This document shows, piece after piece, positions 52,780 through 63,940 of a stretch of DNA of 64,000 bases. The number at the start of each line of letters is the position of its first letter. The stretch's first letter is position 1. Location: assembly GCF_964213995.1 (NCBI RefSeq), contig NW_027590261.1, forward strand, positions 496,001 through 560,000. The letters run 5' to 3'. The notes beneath the pieces were generated by a model. It did not search any database. It was given only the letters and a program-made list of their open reading frames with translations, and was not told the DNA's origin. Both the position numbers and the translations under genes were made by a program. The stretch is from Mustelus asterias (taxonomy: Eukaryota).

Positions 52780-53345
52780 GGGCAGAGAGCCGGGGGGGAA
52801 GGGCAGAGAGCCTGGGGAATGGGCCCACAGCCGGGCAACAGGGCTGAGAGCCGGGAAAGGGCAGAGAGTCAGGAGAAAGCGCAGAGAGCCAGAAGAAAGG
52901 GCAGAGAGCTAATAGAAAGGGCAGGGAGCCAGGTGAAAGGGCAGAGAACCAGGAGAAAGGACAGAGAGACCAGGGAAAGAGGAGAGAGCCAGGATAAAGG
53001 GCAGGGAGGCCGGGGAAAGGACAGAGAGCCGAGGAAAAGGACAAGAGAGCCCAGAGGAAAGGGCAGAGAGTCAAGGGGAAAGGCAGAGAGTCAGGGGGAA
53101 AGGGCAGAGAGCCAGGGGAAAGGGGAAAGTGGATAGGGAGCAGGGACACGGGCAAAGAGCCGGGGGAAAGGGTAGGGAGCTGAGGGAAAGGGCAGGGAGC
53201 CGGGGGAGAGGGGACAGAGCTGGAGGGAAGTGTAGAGAGCCAGGTGGAAGTGCGGAGAGCCGGGTGAAAGGGGAAAAGAGCCACAGGGAATAGCAGAGAG
53301 CCAGGGGAAAGCGCAGAGAGTCGGGGAAAATGGGCAGAGAGTGGG
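52780..53345 (+). repeat. G/purine-rich ~20-bp tandem repeat
   Basis: Consensus GGGCAGAGAGCCRGGGGAAA, roughly 25 degenerate copies, ending ~1 kb before Cmu1. Confidence 0.9.
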
Positions 53346-53667
53346 TGATCGACGGGCGGAGTGAGGATGTGCAAAATAGACCTAGCACCACAACCAGATC
53401 ATCTGTAATCTCAGTGAATAATGGAGGAGACTTCAGGGCCCGAATGGCCAACTCTTGCTATTAATGTCTGACCCTTCAATTAGTCAATGTTGCAATTATT
53501 TGAATTTGTAATCACATTGAGAGTTTCCTGGTCATTCAGTAAGTATTCATTCCGAAGGTAGTTTTGAAGCAAAGTCACCAATCTTCGTTTTGTGGAGTGA
53601 GGGGCAGTGAGTTGGAGAGAGGAAGGGGCATCAGTTAGTTTGAACACAGGCAATAGCCAAAACTACA

Positions 53668-53790
53668 ATGTGGATATGCCGACGCTAGGTTGGGGTGGGC
53701 ACAGTAAGGAGTCTCACAACACCAGGTTAAAGTACAACAGGCTTATTTGGAATCGTGAGATTTTGGAGCTCTTTCATCAGGTGAGTGGCT
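53668..53790 (-). mobile_element. Penelope-like terminal fragment with a decayed hammerhead core
   Basis: Reverse complement TCACCTGATGAAAGAGCTCCAAAATCTC...CTGGTGTTGTGAGACT; same family as 582-709. Confidence 0.65.
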
Positions 53791-54319
53791 GATATGAATG
53801 AAGAGACAAGTTCTTCATCACAAAGTGCTGTTGTTTGAGAAATAGCTCGTGCCTGAAGTAATGGAGAAACTCTTTACACTTCTCTGTTAATCTAATGAAT
53901 GGTATGTCATTACAATGACATCAAAATGTTTTTGTCTTTCCAACCTGATAGAGGTCGAGACAGTGATGTGAGTTTCTACAAAGATGGCGATTCTCAAATG
54001 ATAGGAGCAACAGAATCTGAAAGGTGTATGTAGGTCTTAATCGGGAAATATTAAGTTAAGTTCATAATTCGAGACAAATCGTGATGTAGAAACATAGAAA
54101 ATAGAAGCAGGAGTAGGCCATTCGGCCCTTTGACCCTGCTCTACCATTCACTTTGATCACAGCTCATCAATATCCTGACCCCGTCTACTACCCATATCCA
54201 TTCATCCCTTTAGCCCCAAGAGCTATACCTAATATAGAAACTTACTTGTATAAATATGTTTGACAAATTAATAAACGCAGATAAGAGTCTAACTTGTTTA
54301 ATCGACTATTCTTTCCCAG

Positions 54320-54619
54320 CGACACCGTCTCCGCCCACTCTCTACAGCCTGATCTCCTCCTGTCAGCAACACAACACCGGCGGCTCCGTCACCTATGGCT
54401 GTCTGGCGATGGACTACTCCCCAGAAATCACCAGTCTCACCTGGAAGAAAAATGGACAGCTGATCACCACTGGATTTAAGACTTACCCATCAGTGAGAAA
54501 CACGAAGGGAACCTATACCCTGAGCAGCCAGTTAACCGTCATCCAGTCAAAGGGAAAGTGCAGCAAAATCGACTGTGAGGTTCGACACAGCGGCTCAGTC
54601 AAGAGCATTGGAATGCAAT
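54320..54619 (+). CDS. IGHM: IgM constant exon Cmu1
   Basis: Acceptor TTTCCCAG; [17 protein letters not shown]...[21 protein letters not shown]...YTLSSQLTV...KIDCEVRH...GMQ; donor GTAAG at 54620; C1-set Ig domain. Confidence 0.95.
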
Positions 54620-54759
54620 GTAAGTGTTGTGGAACTTGGGCAAGACAGGAACGCTCTGATTGAACTGTATAAGGCCTTAGTTATAACTGATCTGTAGCAT
54701 TCTGAAAAATTGAATTATGCAAAATCCAGGTAAGTGTCTACTGACTGAAAAGTTGCTCA

Positions 54760-55500
54760 GAATCAAAGAACAACAGAAATGATACTGTGCAGAATGAGGT
54801 CATTTAGCCCATCATGTCTGTGCTGGTCAAAAGGGAGAACAAATAAACTAGCCAGACAAGTTAAGTCTATTTTCCAGCCCTTGCTCCGTAGCATTGCAGC
54901 TTAAAGCACTTGAGATGCAGACCCAGATACCTTTTAAATGACCATGCTCCCTGGTAATTGAGCCCTCCACTTGGGGAATGAATTATTTCTGCCTACGTCC
55001 CTTATTTTTTTGTGAACCACAATTATGTCACGCCTCAGCCTCCTCTTTTCCTAAAGAGAACAAACCCTGCCTATCCAATCTCTCCTCATGGCTGCAATTT
55101 TCAGGCCCTGGCAACATTCTTGTAAACCTCATCTCTCGCCAGAGTCATTACGTTATTCCTGCAACGTGGTGACCAGAACTGTACAGCAAACTCCAAACGT
55201 GGCCTAACTAGGTTTTATACAGCTCCATCATTGCATCACTGTTTTTGCATTCAATATCTCACATAATAGAGAAACTAATCTGATATGCTTTCTTGATCAA
55301 CTTTTCCAGCTGCCCTACCATCTACAAGGACCTGTGGACGTGCACTCTAAGGTCTTGCATTTCCTCAATCCCTCTTAACATTCCAGTTTATTTCCTTGCT
55401 TTGTTTTCCCTTCCCAAATGCATTGTGTGGCACTTTTGACGGTTGAATTTCTCTGCCAATTCAACCAAACCATGGATATAATTCTCAAATCGGCAGCTAT
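54760..55500 (-). mobile_element. Old CR1 fragment in the Cmu1-Cmu2 intron (short CR1 tail also at 54085-54230)
   Basis: GACCAGAACTGTACAGCAAACTCCAA (reverse of LEYxVQFWSP). Confidence 0.65.
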
Positions 55501-55578
55501 CGTGCTAAAATAAAAGAACTAATTTTAATTGATGTCAATTGAATCTTCAAGTAACATCTGAACATTTGTTTGTTGAAG

Positions 55579-55890
55579 GCCCAATCGTTATCACCCCAAC
55601 CGTTATCCTCACCGTGAGTTCCAGTGAAGAAATCACCAGCAGAAAATTTGCAACCATCGTCTGTTCAATCATTGATTTCCAGCCAAAGTCAATGACGGTG
55701 GAGTGGCTGAAGAATGGGCAACCCATGAATTCAGGAATTGTCACCTCTCCCGCCTGTGAAGTGAATGGGAACTTCTCGGCCAGCAGTCGGTTGACAGTCT
55801 CCGCTCAGGAATGGTTCAGCAAAGCGGTCTACACCTGCCAGGTCACTCATCAAGGATTCACTCAGAGTCAGAACATCAGCGGATCTCTGG
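55579..55890 (+). CDS. IGHM: IgM constant exon Cmu2
   Basis: [36 protein letters not shown]...W...[20 protein letters not shown]; phase-1 ends; donor GTAAG at 55891. Confidence 0.94.
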
Positions 55891-56807
55891 GTAAGAGACT
55901 CAAACCGAGAAAAAGATTATTCCGCTGTTAATCGAAATTAGGGATCTATTAAAGTTAATACAAAGCATAGAACAACTTCTAAGTTATTGTCATGTAGTTT
56001 GCTGCATTGGGACAGTGCCCCATTCAGAACTTCATCACAACATCAATTTTTGTTATTCCTTCATGAGATGTGCATTTGTGGCCCATCCCGGAGGCCACTT
56101 AAGTGTCAACCACGTTACTGTGGATCTGGAGTCACATGCATGCCAGGCCAGATAAAGACAACAGATTTACTTTTCTAAACGGCATTCGTGAACCAGGTGG
56201 GTTTTTACAACAACGGCTTCATGATGATCATTTGACTTTTAATGATAGATTTTTACTAAATTCAAATTTCACCATCTGCAGTGGTGAGATTCGAATCTGT
56301 GTCCCCAGAGTCGTGCCCTGGGTTACAAGCCCATTGGCAACACCACCATGCCACTGCCTCCCCTTGAAATAGTGTTCCCTTCCATTTTGAAGTAACATAG
56401 TAAGCGAGGTGGTCTTGATGTCAGCTTTTTCCTGAGACAGCTGGTAAGATTTGGAGAGACAGTCGGTGTCGGACTGTTTCACAGGTCACAGCATAGGGGT
56501 AAAATATTGGGAAGTGTATCCACCCTACTTATAAACTAACTGCCAGTACTTGGTTCCTGAGTTCAGGAATGGTATATTTGTTGGGGAATACTGCAATGTT
56601 GATTCATGAGAATGATACCGCTGCTAAAATACTTGAACAAAAAGAGAATAATTTCACAGAGCAGGCTGGTTTTCCATCCTCCATAGAGGCTGAAAGGTGA
56701 TAGTTAGAGGTTGATATATCGAAGGCAACTTCGTCTCCTTCAGGCTGAAGACTGCTGTCCTGCTTCTGAAGAGGGAACTAGGGTTGATTTTCATTTTTCA
56801 TTCACAG

Positions 56808-57116
56808 ATACTCCCCAGTGCCCTGATACCACAGTGACGATACAGCCCCCGCCAATAGAACAGGTCTTATTGGAGGCGACCGTGACCTTAACCTGCATCA
56901 TTTCTCATGCTCCCTATGGAGTCAATGTGTCCTGGATCCGAGACAGGAAGTATTTGAAATCAGAGATTGCCGAAAAGCCAGGAGCGGATCCTGACAGCGT
57001 GGTCAGCAACTTAAACGTCTCGACACAAGCCTGGCTGAGTGCGGCTGTGTTTGACTGCGTGGTGAGCCATCAGGATCTGCCGACTCCTTTAAGAAAATCC
57101 ATCCACAAGGAAACAG
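56808..57116 (+). CDS. IGHM: IgM constant exon Cmu3
   Basis: Acceptor TTCACAG; [30 protein letters not shown]...W...[22 protein letters not shown]; donor GTGAG at 57117. Confidence 0.95.
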
Positions 57117-57609
57117 GTGAGCTGAGAGATTGAAGCAATAAATGCGTCACTGTGTCTATTTCCAGTGTCAGTGAACTGGTCAATATTCAGTATTCAGTGC
57201 ATTAATGGTGTCCCCTGAGTGGAAACTCTACTAACTAAAAACTGGGAGGTGTAGATATTTTTACGGGGAAATTTGATGTGTTGATGAATGAAAAGTGAAC
57301 TGAAGGCGATGTTATTGGGTTTAGATCGAATAACGAGGGAGGAGCCTGATGTGGAGCATGAAAACCAAAAATAAAGCCGATCAGTTGGGCCGAATAGCCT
57401 GATTCTGTGATGTAAAATTTCTGAAACTTCCCAGTCCAGCCCCCTGAGTTATTTGATAAAATAATTGTGTTCACCTCTGCTCCAAACTGGAAGTCAAAAA
57501 TGGAAACATTGAAAATCGAAGCGAAGCACATTTTTCTGATATCGAGCCAGCAGTTTTATTGTCTCCAGAATTCTCCAGTTTATTGACATTTATTGTACTT
57601 TTTCTGCAG

Positions 57610-58001
57610 ATCCAAATCCGCGGGAACCGTTCGTCTCTGTCCTCCTGCCCTCGGCAGAAGAAGTCTCCGCTCAGAGATTCGTCTCCCTCAGCTGCTTAGT
57701 GAGACGTTTCTCCCCGCGAGAGATCTTCGTCAAGTGGACCGTCAACGACAAGCCGGTGAATCCTGGGAACTATAAGAACACCGAGGTGGTCGCGGAGAGC
57801 GGGAATAGCTCCTTCTTCATGTACAGCCTGTTATCCATTGCAGCAGAGGAATGGTCCAGCGGCGCTTCTTACTCCTGTGTGGTGGGACATGAAGCCATCC
57901 CCTTGAAGATCATCAACAGAACAGTTGACAAATCCAGCGGTAAACCCAGTTTTGTGAACATTTCCCTTGCACTGATGGACACCGTTAATTCATGTCAATG
58001 A
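57610..58001 (+). CDS. IGHM: IgM constant exon Cmu4 plus secretory tailpiece
   Basis: [31 protein letters not shown]...[23 protein letters not shown]; internal donor G/GTAAA at 57940 for the membrane form; tail [20 protein letters not shown] has an N-glycan sequon and penultimate Cys. Confidence 0.96.
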
Positions 58002-58028
58002 GAATCACTCGGTTACATTAAAAACTTC

Positions 58029-58043
58029 AATAAAAAGAATAAA
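58029..58043 (+). terminator. Secretory-form poly(A) signals (two AATAAA)
   Basis: AATAAA at 58029-58034 and 58038-58043, ~30 nt after the secretory stop. Confidence 0.8.
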
Positions 58044-59104
58044 ATCTTTTTCCTCCAACGATAAACGAAATACCCAATTGCTTAATTGATTGGTTTTCAA
58101 TTTTACTTCCACTATGTATCTTTGGTTTGAGTCAGGTATTTTCACGTCTCGGGCCCAAGCCTTGTTGAACCAGTGCACCCAGCTCAGATACACCCTGGGT
58201 TAGAGACAGAGTAGAGCACATTCATTACAGGATTCAGCAAAATATCTTCACCGACTTTCCTCCCACTGAGGAGAAATCTGACAATTTCAACATTTCTGAC
58301 AAACAAATACAATTTAGATCTCGGTGTTCCTGCTTCTCTCATTGTCCATGCCTTTACCATTGATGTCAGCTTTAAGCTGCTGCACCACACCCACTGGGAA
58401 CTGAAGTGAGGGTCACACACAAACATGGAGCAACAATCCCCCCCATCAGAGAGAGGGGAGAGTGAAATTGTTAACATACCGGATTCCTACTCACCCAACA
58501 AAGAGAGGGGAGGAGCAGTAGCTAACCCATGTACCACCACTTCCTCAATGAAAAGAGGAGGAATGTCATTATTTAATCCACTCACCTCCACCTCGTCAGT
58601 GGTTAGAACCATCAGGCACATTGCTTCACCGGGTAGAGAGAGGGAAATTATGAGCTCACTCTCCTCCCTCTTCGCAAGTAACGTGTTTGGAAGGGACCAG
58701 CTCTCTACTAGAAGAACCCAGTTGCCGACAGTACAAATTAGCTTCTGGCTTATTTGCTGCAGAGTTTGAAGTATCATTATCCTAATCAATGTGATGCATA
58801 TATACTTATGCAACATAATTTTAAAATGTTTCTGCACTCTTGTTCCTGTTAATCATGTCCTGGCATTGATTTCCCATAATGCAAATTGAAACAAATGGTT
58901 GAATCCTCCCCGGTTTTTACTGTTCTGTCCCTGATGTTTCTGAGATGCATCAATGAATGATTTCATTCGTTCTCCTGATATCTTCGTGCCACTCACATAA
59001 ACTACATTCATACAGCAAAACATTGAAAATATGCTCCATTATTCGTATTGTTTGGATCATTTTCAGTTAATGATTGCGGTGAAACTTGGAGCAACAGCTA
59101 AAAA

Positions 59105-59613
59105 ATACACACACTGACAATACTCCACAAAACTGTCACAATTATAAATACACACATAAGCGCACACACACACACTCACACACATACACACACATCGACA
59201 CAAATGCACAACTACACACACAAATACACATACTCACACATATGCACACAAATACAGAAAGACACATGTAAATATACACACACAAACGCATGCATATACC
59301 CCCACACACATACATATACAGAAATAGGGACAGGCACATTCAAATACAGACACAGAAACACACAAATACACAACAGATACACTTTCACACACCATAGGTA
59401 CACTCAATACTTGCACAGACGAACACACATGCAGAGAAACAAGAATGCACACACAAATGCACTCATGGGCAAAACATGCACAAACAAAAATACACACTTA
59501 CACAAATACACCCACACAAAAATACACCCAGACACAAACACATCCGTACACAAATATACATAGGGACAGACCCATTCTCTCTCTCTCTTTCTCTCTCACA
59601 CACACACACATAC

Positions 59614-59648
<35 letters not shown>

Positions 59649-60630
59649 AGAACATAAGAACATAAGAAATAGAAGCAGGAGTAGGCCATCTGGCCCTTCG
59701 AGCCTGCCCCGCCATTCAACAAGATCATGGCTGATCTGAAGCGAATCAGTTCCACTTACCCGCCTGCTCCCCATATCCCCTAATTCCCTTATCGATCAGA
59801 AAACTATCTACCCGTGATTTAAGCATATTCAACGAGGAAGCCTCCACCACTTCAATGGGCAGAGAATTCCAGAGATTCACTACCCTCTGAGAGAAGAAGT
59901 TCCCCCTCAACTCTGTTCTGAACCGGCCCCCCCTTATTTTGAGGCTGTGCCCTCTAGTTCTGGTTTCCCTTCTAAGTGGAAAGAATCTCGCCACCTCTAC
60001 CCTATCCAGCCCCTTCATTATCTTATATGTCTCTATAAGATCACCCCTCATCCTTCTAAACTCACATACGAACACATAGACACGCGCTCTTGTACAAACA
60101 GACACTAAAACAACAACATACACACACATAATCAAATATGTAAACGCACACATGTACACATGAAACACACAAGTGCATACACATACACATACGTGAGTAG
60201 GTACAGACCCAAACACAAACACATACATGCATAGACACAATACAGACAGATACACACGCATGCAGACCCACATAAATACACAAGCACATACTTAGACTCA
60301 AATAAATACATATATTAGCACACGTTCATGCTGATAGGAATATAGATATAAAGACACACAATGTTATACACATTCACAAACATATGTGGAAATACATATA
60401 AACAAATCACCAGACTGCATATAGAAGAACAGACAGCAAAACATTTACACACAAACATGTAGACGCAAACATTAACATGCTCATAGAACAGAACACCATA
60501 GCACACATTACTACACATCGAAACACAAATATACATCAACGCACCGTTATAAAGAATGTCAACATGTGTATACATACACTGACATGTTAACAGGCGTGCA
60601 CACAGACACATGGAGAAACAGACGCACACA
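59105..60630. repeat. CA-rich low-complexity tract in the Cmu4-TM1 intron
   Basis: Degenerate (CA)n/(ACAT)n; interrupted by a CR1 at 59645-60062. Confidence 0.88.
59645..60062 (-). mobile_element. Young CR1 3' end
   Basis: EFRRMRGDLIETYKIM...GKWN*, nearly identical to 27170-27590; (CATAAGAA)n tail. Confidence 0.92.
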
Positions 60631-60642
60631 GAAAGGGAAACA

Positions 60643-60767
60643 GTAAGTAGTCACCTGATGAAGGGACAACGCTCCGAAAGCTCGTGCAACCAAATAAACC
60701 TGATGGACTTTAACCTGGTGTTGTGAGACTACTTACTGTGCCGACCCCAGTCCAACGCCGGCAACTC
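60643..60767 (+). mobile_element. Penelope-like fragment with a minimal hammerhead core, sense strand of the Cmu4-TM1 intron
   Basis: TCAC-CTGATGA (60655)-AGGGACAACGCTCC-GAAA-GCTC-GTG; 16-bp TSD CACAGAAAGGGAAACA (60627-60642 / 60768-60783); inverted 13-mer ACAGTAAGTAGTC / GACTACTTACTGT. Confidence 0.75.
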
Positions 60768-61642
60768 CACAGAAAGGGAAACAAACATTACTAGAGTGAC
60801 AGAAATTAACACAGAGCAATAGGCATAAACACATGTGCACGCATTAAGAATGGCATTAATATATAGTCATAGACTTCACACAATAATAGAGTCATATATA
60901 CACAATGACAAAAGAATAAAATATGCGCACAGATGCAGACACACAACTACACAAATCAACAATCACAGGCAAATGAACGCGCACATTAACACTCATAATC
61001 ACATATTAACTCAGAGCCAAAGTTTAATGCAGAGCACGAGATGCTCATGCACACGCACACAAATGCAAAATCTTCAATACAAACGGTAGGCAAATGATGA
61101 AAGTACAATTTAAACGTGACTTTTTAATGGAGATATCCACAGATTTATTATCCCAATGTACAATGAACATATAAACACGCTGAGAAACTGAATTAAGCTC
61201 ACGATCTACTAAATATTTCCACCATAAAGAAGCACAGATCGGAAATTACATCCCAACTCTTAAACAACAACATTCACAGTTTACAGATCAGTAACCATCT
61301 GTGAAAACAATCATTGATCAGTGAACGTTCCTCGATATCAGTGATAATACTCTTCAATAAGGGATAGTTCCGAATTGTCAAAAAATCAACTGATTTTCAA
61401 GAAAACATCTTCAGTGCTTTCTGACATGGACTGTCCAAGGAATGTCAATAAAGATCAGGTGTGAAAATAGTTACGGAGATCGGTTACTGAGTGCCCTGAG
61501 CTTAAGAGTAGGTATACATTGAAAATTAGGTTCAAGAATAAATGAACAGTTTAAAAAGGAGAACGGGGAAAAGAAAAATAACAATAAGATTACCTGGATA
61601 AACAAAGTAATCTAATTTCATATCCTGGTCTCCGTCCCCTAG

Positions 61643-61770
61643 ACTCCACCGACCGCATCTGGATTGAAGACAATGAGGATGATAACAGTAACATCTGGAC
61701 AACGGCTTCCACATTCATTGTCCTGTTCTTCCTGAGCATTTTCTACAGCACTGCGGTCACTCTGGTGAAG
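61643..61770 (+). CDS. IGHM: IgM transmembrane exon TM1
   Basis: Acceptor CCCCTAG; DSTDRIWIEDNEDDNSNIWTTASTFIVLFFLSIFYSTAVTLVK contains an acidic spacer and the CART motif; donor GTGAG at 61771. Confidence 0.95.
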
Positions 61771-61906
61771 GTGAGATGATTGAATGCACTCACATATCAA
61801 ACTGACAGAATGGATTTGAAAAATCTCTCAATGTTCCATTAAAAACTCTAACTTTAATATCCCGCATCATAAACAACTGCTTCATTATTGTATCTTTCTT
61901 TTACAG

Positions 61907-61915
61907 ATCAAGTGA
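61907..61915 (+). CDS. IGHM: IgM TM2 exon coding part (IK*)
   Basis: Acceptor TTTTACAG at 61906, then ATC AAG TGA, giving the cytoplasmic tail KIK. Confidence 0.9.
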   Translation: MK

Positions 61916-62367
61916 TGGGTTGAATTTTGGAAGCTGCAGATTTCCCTCAGCTGATTATTATGATCTCCGTATGACAGAAATACAATATCTACTCTTGGTG
62001 ACTCTATCAGTAAAATTCTCTCAGTTTATCATTTTGAATCTGTAACTGAGACAATCATAGACGGTATTTCAGTTTTCAGAGTGAAAAGCACGAGGCATTT
62101 TTTGTTATAATGTAATTGTGGTTAACAGTTTCCCCATAGTTTAAATATCATGTATAAATAAGAAACTTTTCTCATTCCTTATCCATATTTGTTAATTCCT
62201 CTTTCTATTAAGGTCCTGTTTTCTCTTTCTGGTGTATGTAACAGATGTACAAATATTGACGGATTCCCTGTGCATGTGTTGTGTTCTCAATGTGAAGCTC
62301 GATCGTTAAATTCACTTTTCTAACTTTAAAAAATAATGTCGCTGTAAAATATTCTCTGAATTTTTAA

Positions 62368-62373
62368 AATAAA
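62368..62373 (+). terminator. Probable membrane-form poly(A) signal
   Basis: AATAAA ~450 nt downstream of the TM2 stop, at the end of an AT-rich 3'UTR-like stretch. Confidence 0.6.
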
Positions 62374-62544
62374 TATTGAATGAAAATTTAACCATCTCTG
62401 GCTTGGCTTAATTCCGTTTTCCAAAGCCCATCAACTCCGCCCCATATTCCATATTATACGGTTTCCCCTCTTTCCCAGACATGTCTGTTCCCCCAGTCCT
62501 GTGTGGGATGTGTTTGAACTCAAGGCCGTTCAGTGAAAGAGTCA

Positions 62545-62563
62545 CTGCGCCACCCAGTGGCCA
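62545..62563 (-). promoter_or_regulatory. Candidate CTCF site 3' of the IgM cluster
   Basis: Minus strand TGGCCACTGGGTGGCGCAG versus the CTCF consensus TGGCCACCAGGGGGCGCTA. Confidence 0.55.
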
Positions 62564-63399
62564 ATCCGTATAAAGACACCTTCATCTCTGCCTTTTTATG
62601 ATAAAATCCAGAGACAGAGCGAGTGAAGAATGAGAAGAACCTCGGTGATTTCACTCATAAACTGGTCTGTCACTGACCGAGTTTCAGGTAATTCTAAAAA
62701 GCAAAGGCTCTGTTTCATCAGAGGCCGATGCAGGACAGTGTGTGGCAGAAGATAGTTTCCTTTACACTGCCCCTTAAAAAAACTATCAGTGTCGCTGCAG
62801 CGTGGGTCAACAGTGTGAATCTCTCTATATTTCGTCCGATGGAATACTTACAAGGCAGACATGCCACAAGCTAGATAGAGAACACATACAGAGCAGAGGT
62901 GCAAACCATGAGGTGAAACCAAGAGACTGAGGTGCATTTCACATAAGCACATAATAGATTACAAATTTCCAAATTAAGGCGAGTGCTATGGGATAATTTG
63001 AGATGACCAATACTGTATTTAACTACAGACAATATAAAACTCACGTGGCAGATATCTCTGTGTAAGGACGGAACATTTATTTAAAACAAAAACAGAACTA
63101 TCAGCTGCTTGGAGATGACCAAAAGGGTTAAGTCGCTCTGGAACCGAGCGGCAGGATCTTTCCGATGCATCTAACGTGTACCATCAATAACAGATCAATT
63201 ATAGATTTTCGTACCGATCGTTCCGACCTCATATTAGTTTCAGAATCAATTACGTTCAGTAAACATACATCAATAATAATTCCTGACAAGTTGCTCAGCC
63301 AATCGCATTTGACAACATAGCATAATGATATCTCCTTCATCCATTTAAATCGGAGGCTGACTCATCTGGAATCAGTATCTGGGAGAATCAGGAAGGTGA

Positions 63400-63940
63400 G
63401 ATAGAGTCATAGAGTCACAGAGGTATAAGCATGCAAACAGGCCCTTCGGCCCAACATGTCAATGCCGCCCTTTTTAACGACAAAGCTCGTCCTAATTGCC
63501 CGTGTTTGGCCCATTACCCTCGATAGCCATTTAACTCTCTATGCACTTTTGAAAAGACTGTCTGGCAGCTTGTTCCAGACACTCACCACCCTCTGTGTGA
63601 AAGAATTACCCCTCTGGACCCCTTTATATCTCTCCCCTCTCACCTTAATCTTATGCCCTCTAGTTTCAGACTCCCCTACCTTTGGGAAAATATATTTACT
63701 ATCTAGCTGATCTGTGCCCCTCATTATTTTATAGACCTCTGTAAGATCACCACTCAGCCTCCTACGCTCCAGAAATAAAAAGCCCCAATCTATCCAACCA
63801 CTCATTATAATTTAAACCATCAAGTCCTGGTAGCATCCGAGTAAATCTTTTCTGCACTCTTTCAAGATTAATAATACCCTTCCTATAATAGGGTGACCAG
63901 AACTGCACAAAGTATTCCAACTGTGGCCTTACCAATATTT
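63400..63940 (-). mobile_element. CR1 3' end (subfamily of 11430-12002)
   Basis: LVRPQLEYFVQFWSPYY...TRGHKIKV...FTQRVVSVWN; tail repeats at ~63400-63420. Confidence 0.88.

Noticed and set aside
51022-53451. ORFs of 100-230 aa over the CTCA and G-rich repeats
   Set aside because: Simple-repeat translations inside the J-C intron with no coding signature.
58310-58420. Inverted decayed Ig C exon (VTLT...NGKGMDNERSRNTEI resembles Cmu4 [15 protein letters not shown])
   Set aside because: No conserved Cys or Trp, and the frames disagree; likely chance.
59086-61089. Many overlapping Cys/Val- or His/Thr-rich ORFs
   Set aside because: (CA)n-like tract plus a CR1 fragment.
42017-61915. IgNAR, IgW or germline-joined gene
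   Set aside because: Conventional VH with full FR2/CDR2, four C domains with a mu tailpiece, and separate RSS-flanked segments.
62560-62576. CCAAT plus TATAAA as a downstream promoter
   Set aside because: Only a few nt apart, with no downstream exon; the CCAAT overlaps the CTCF-like motif.
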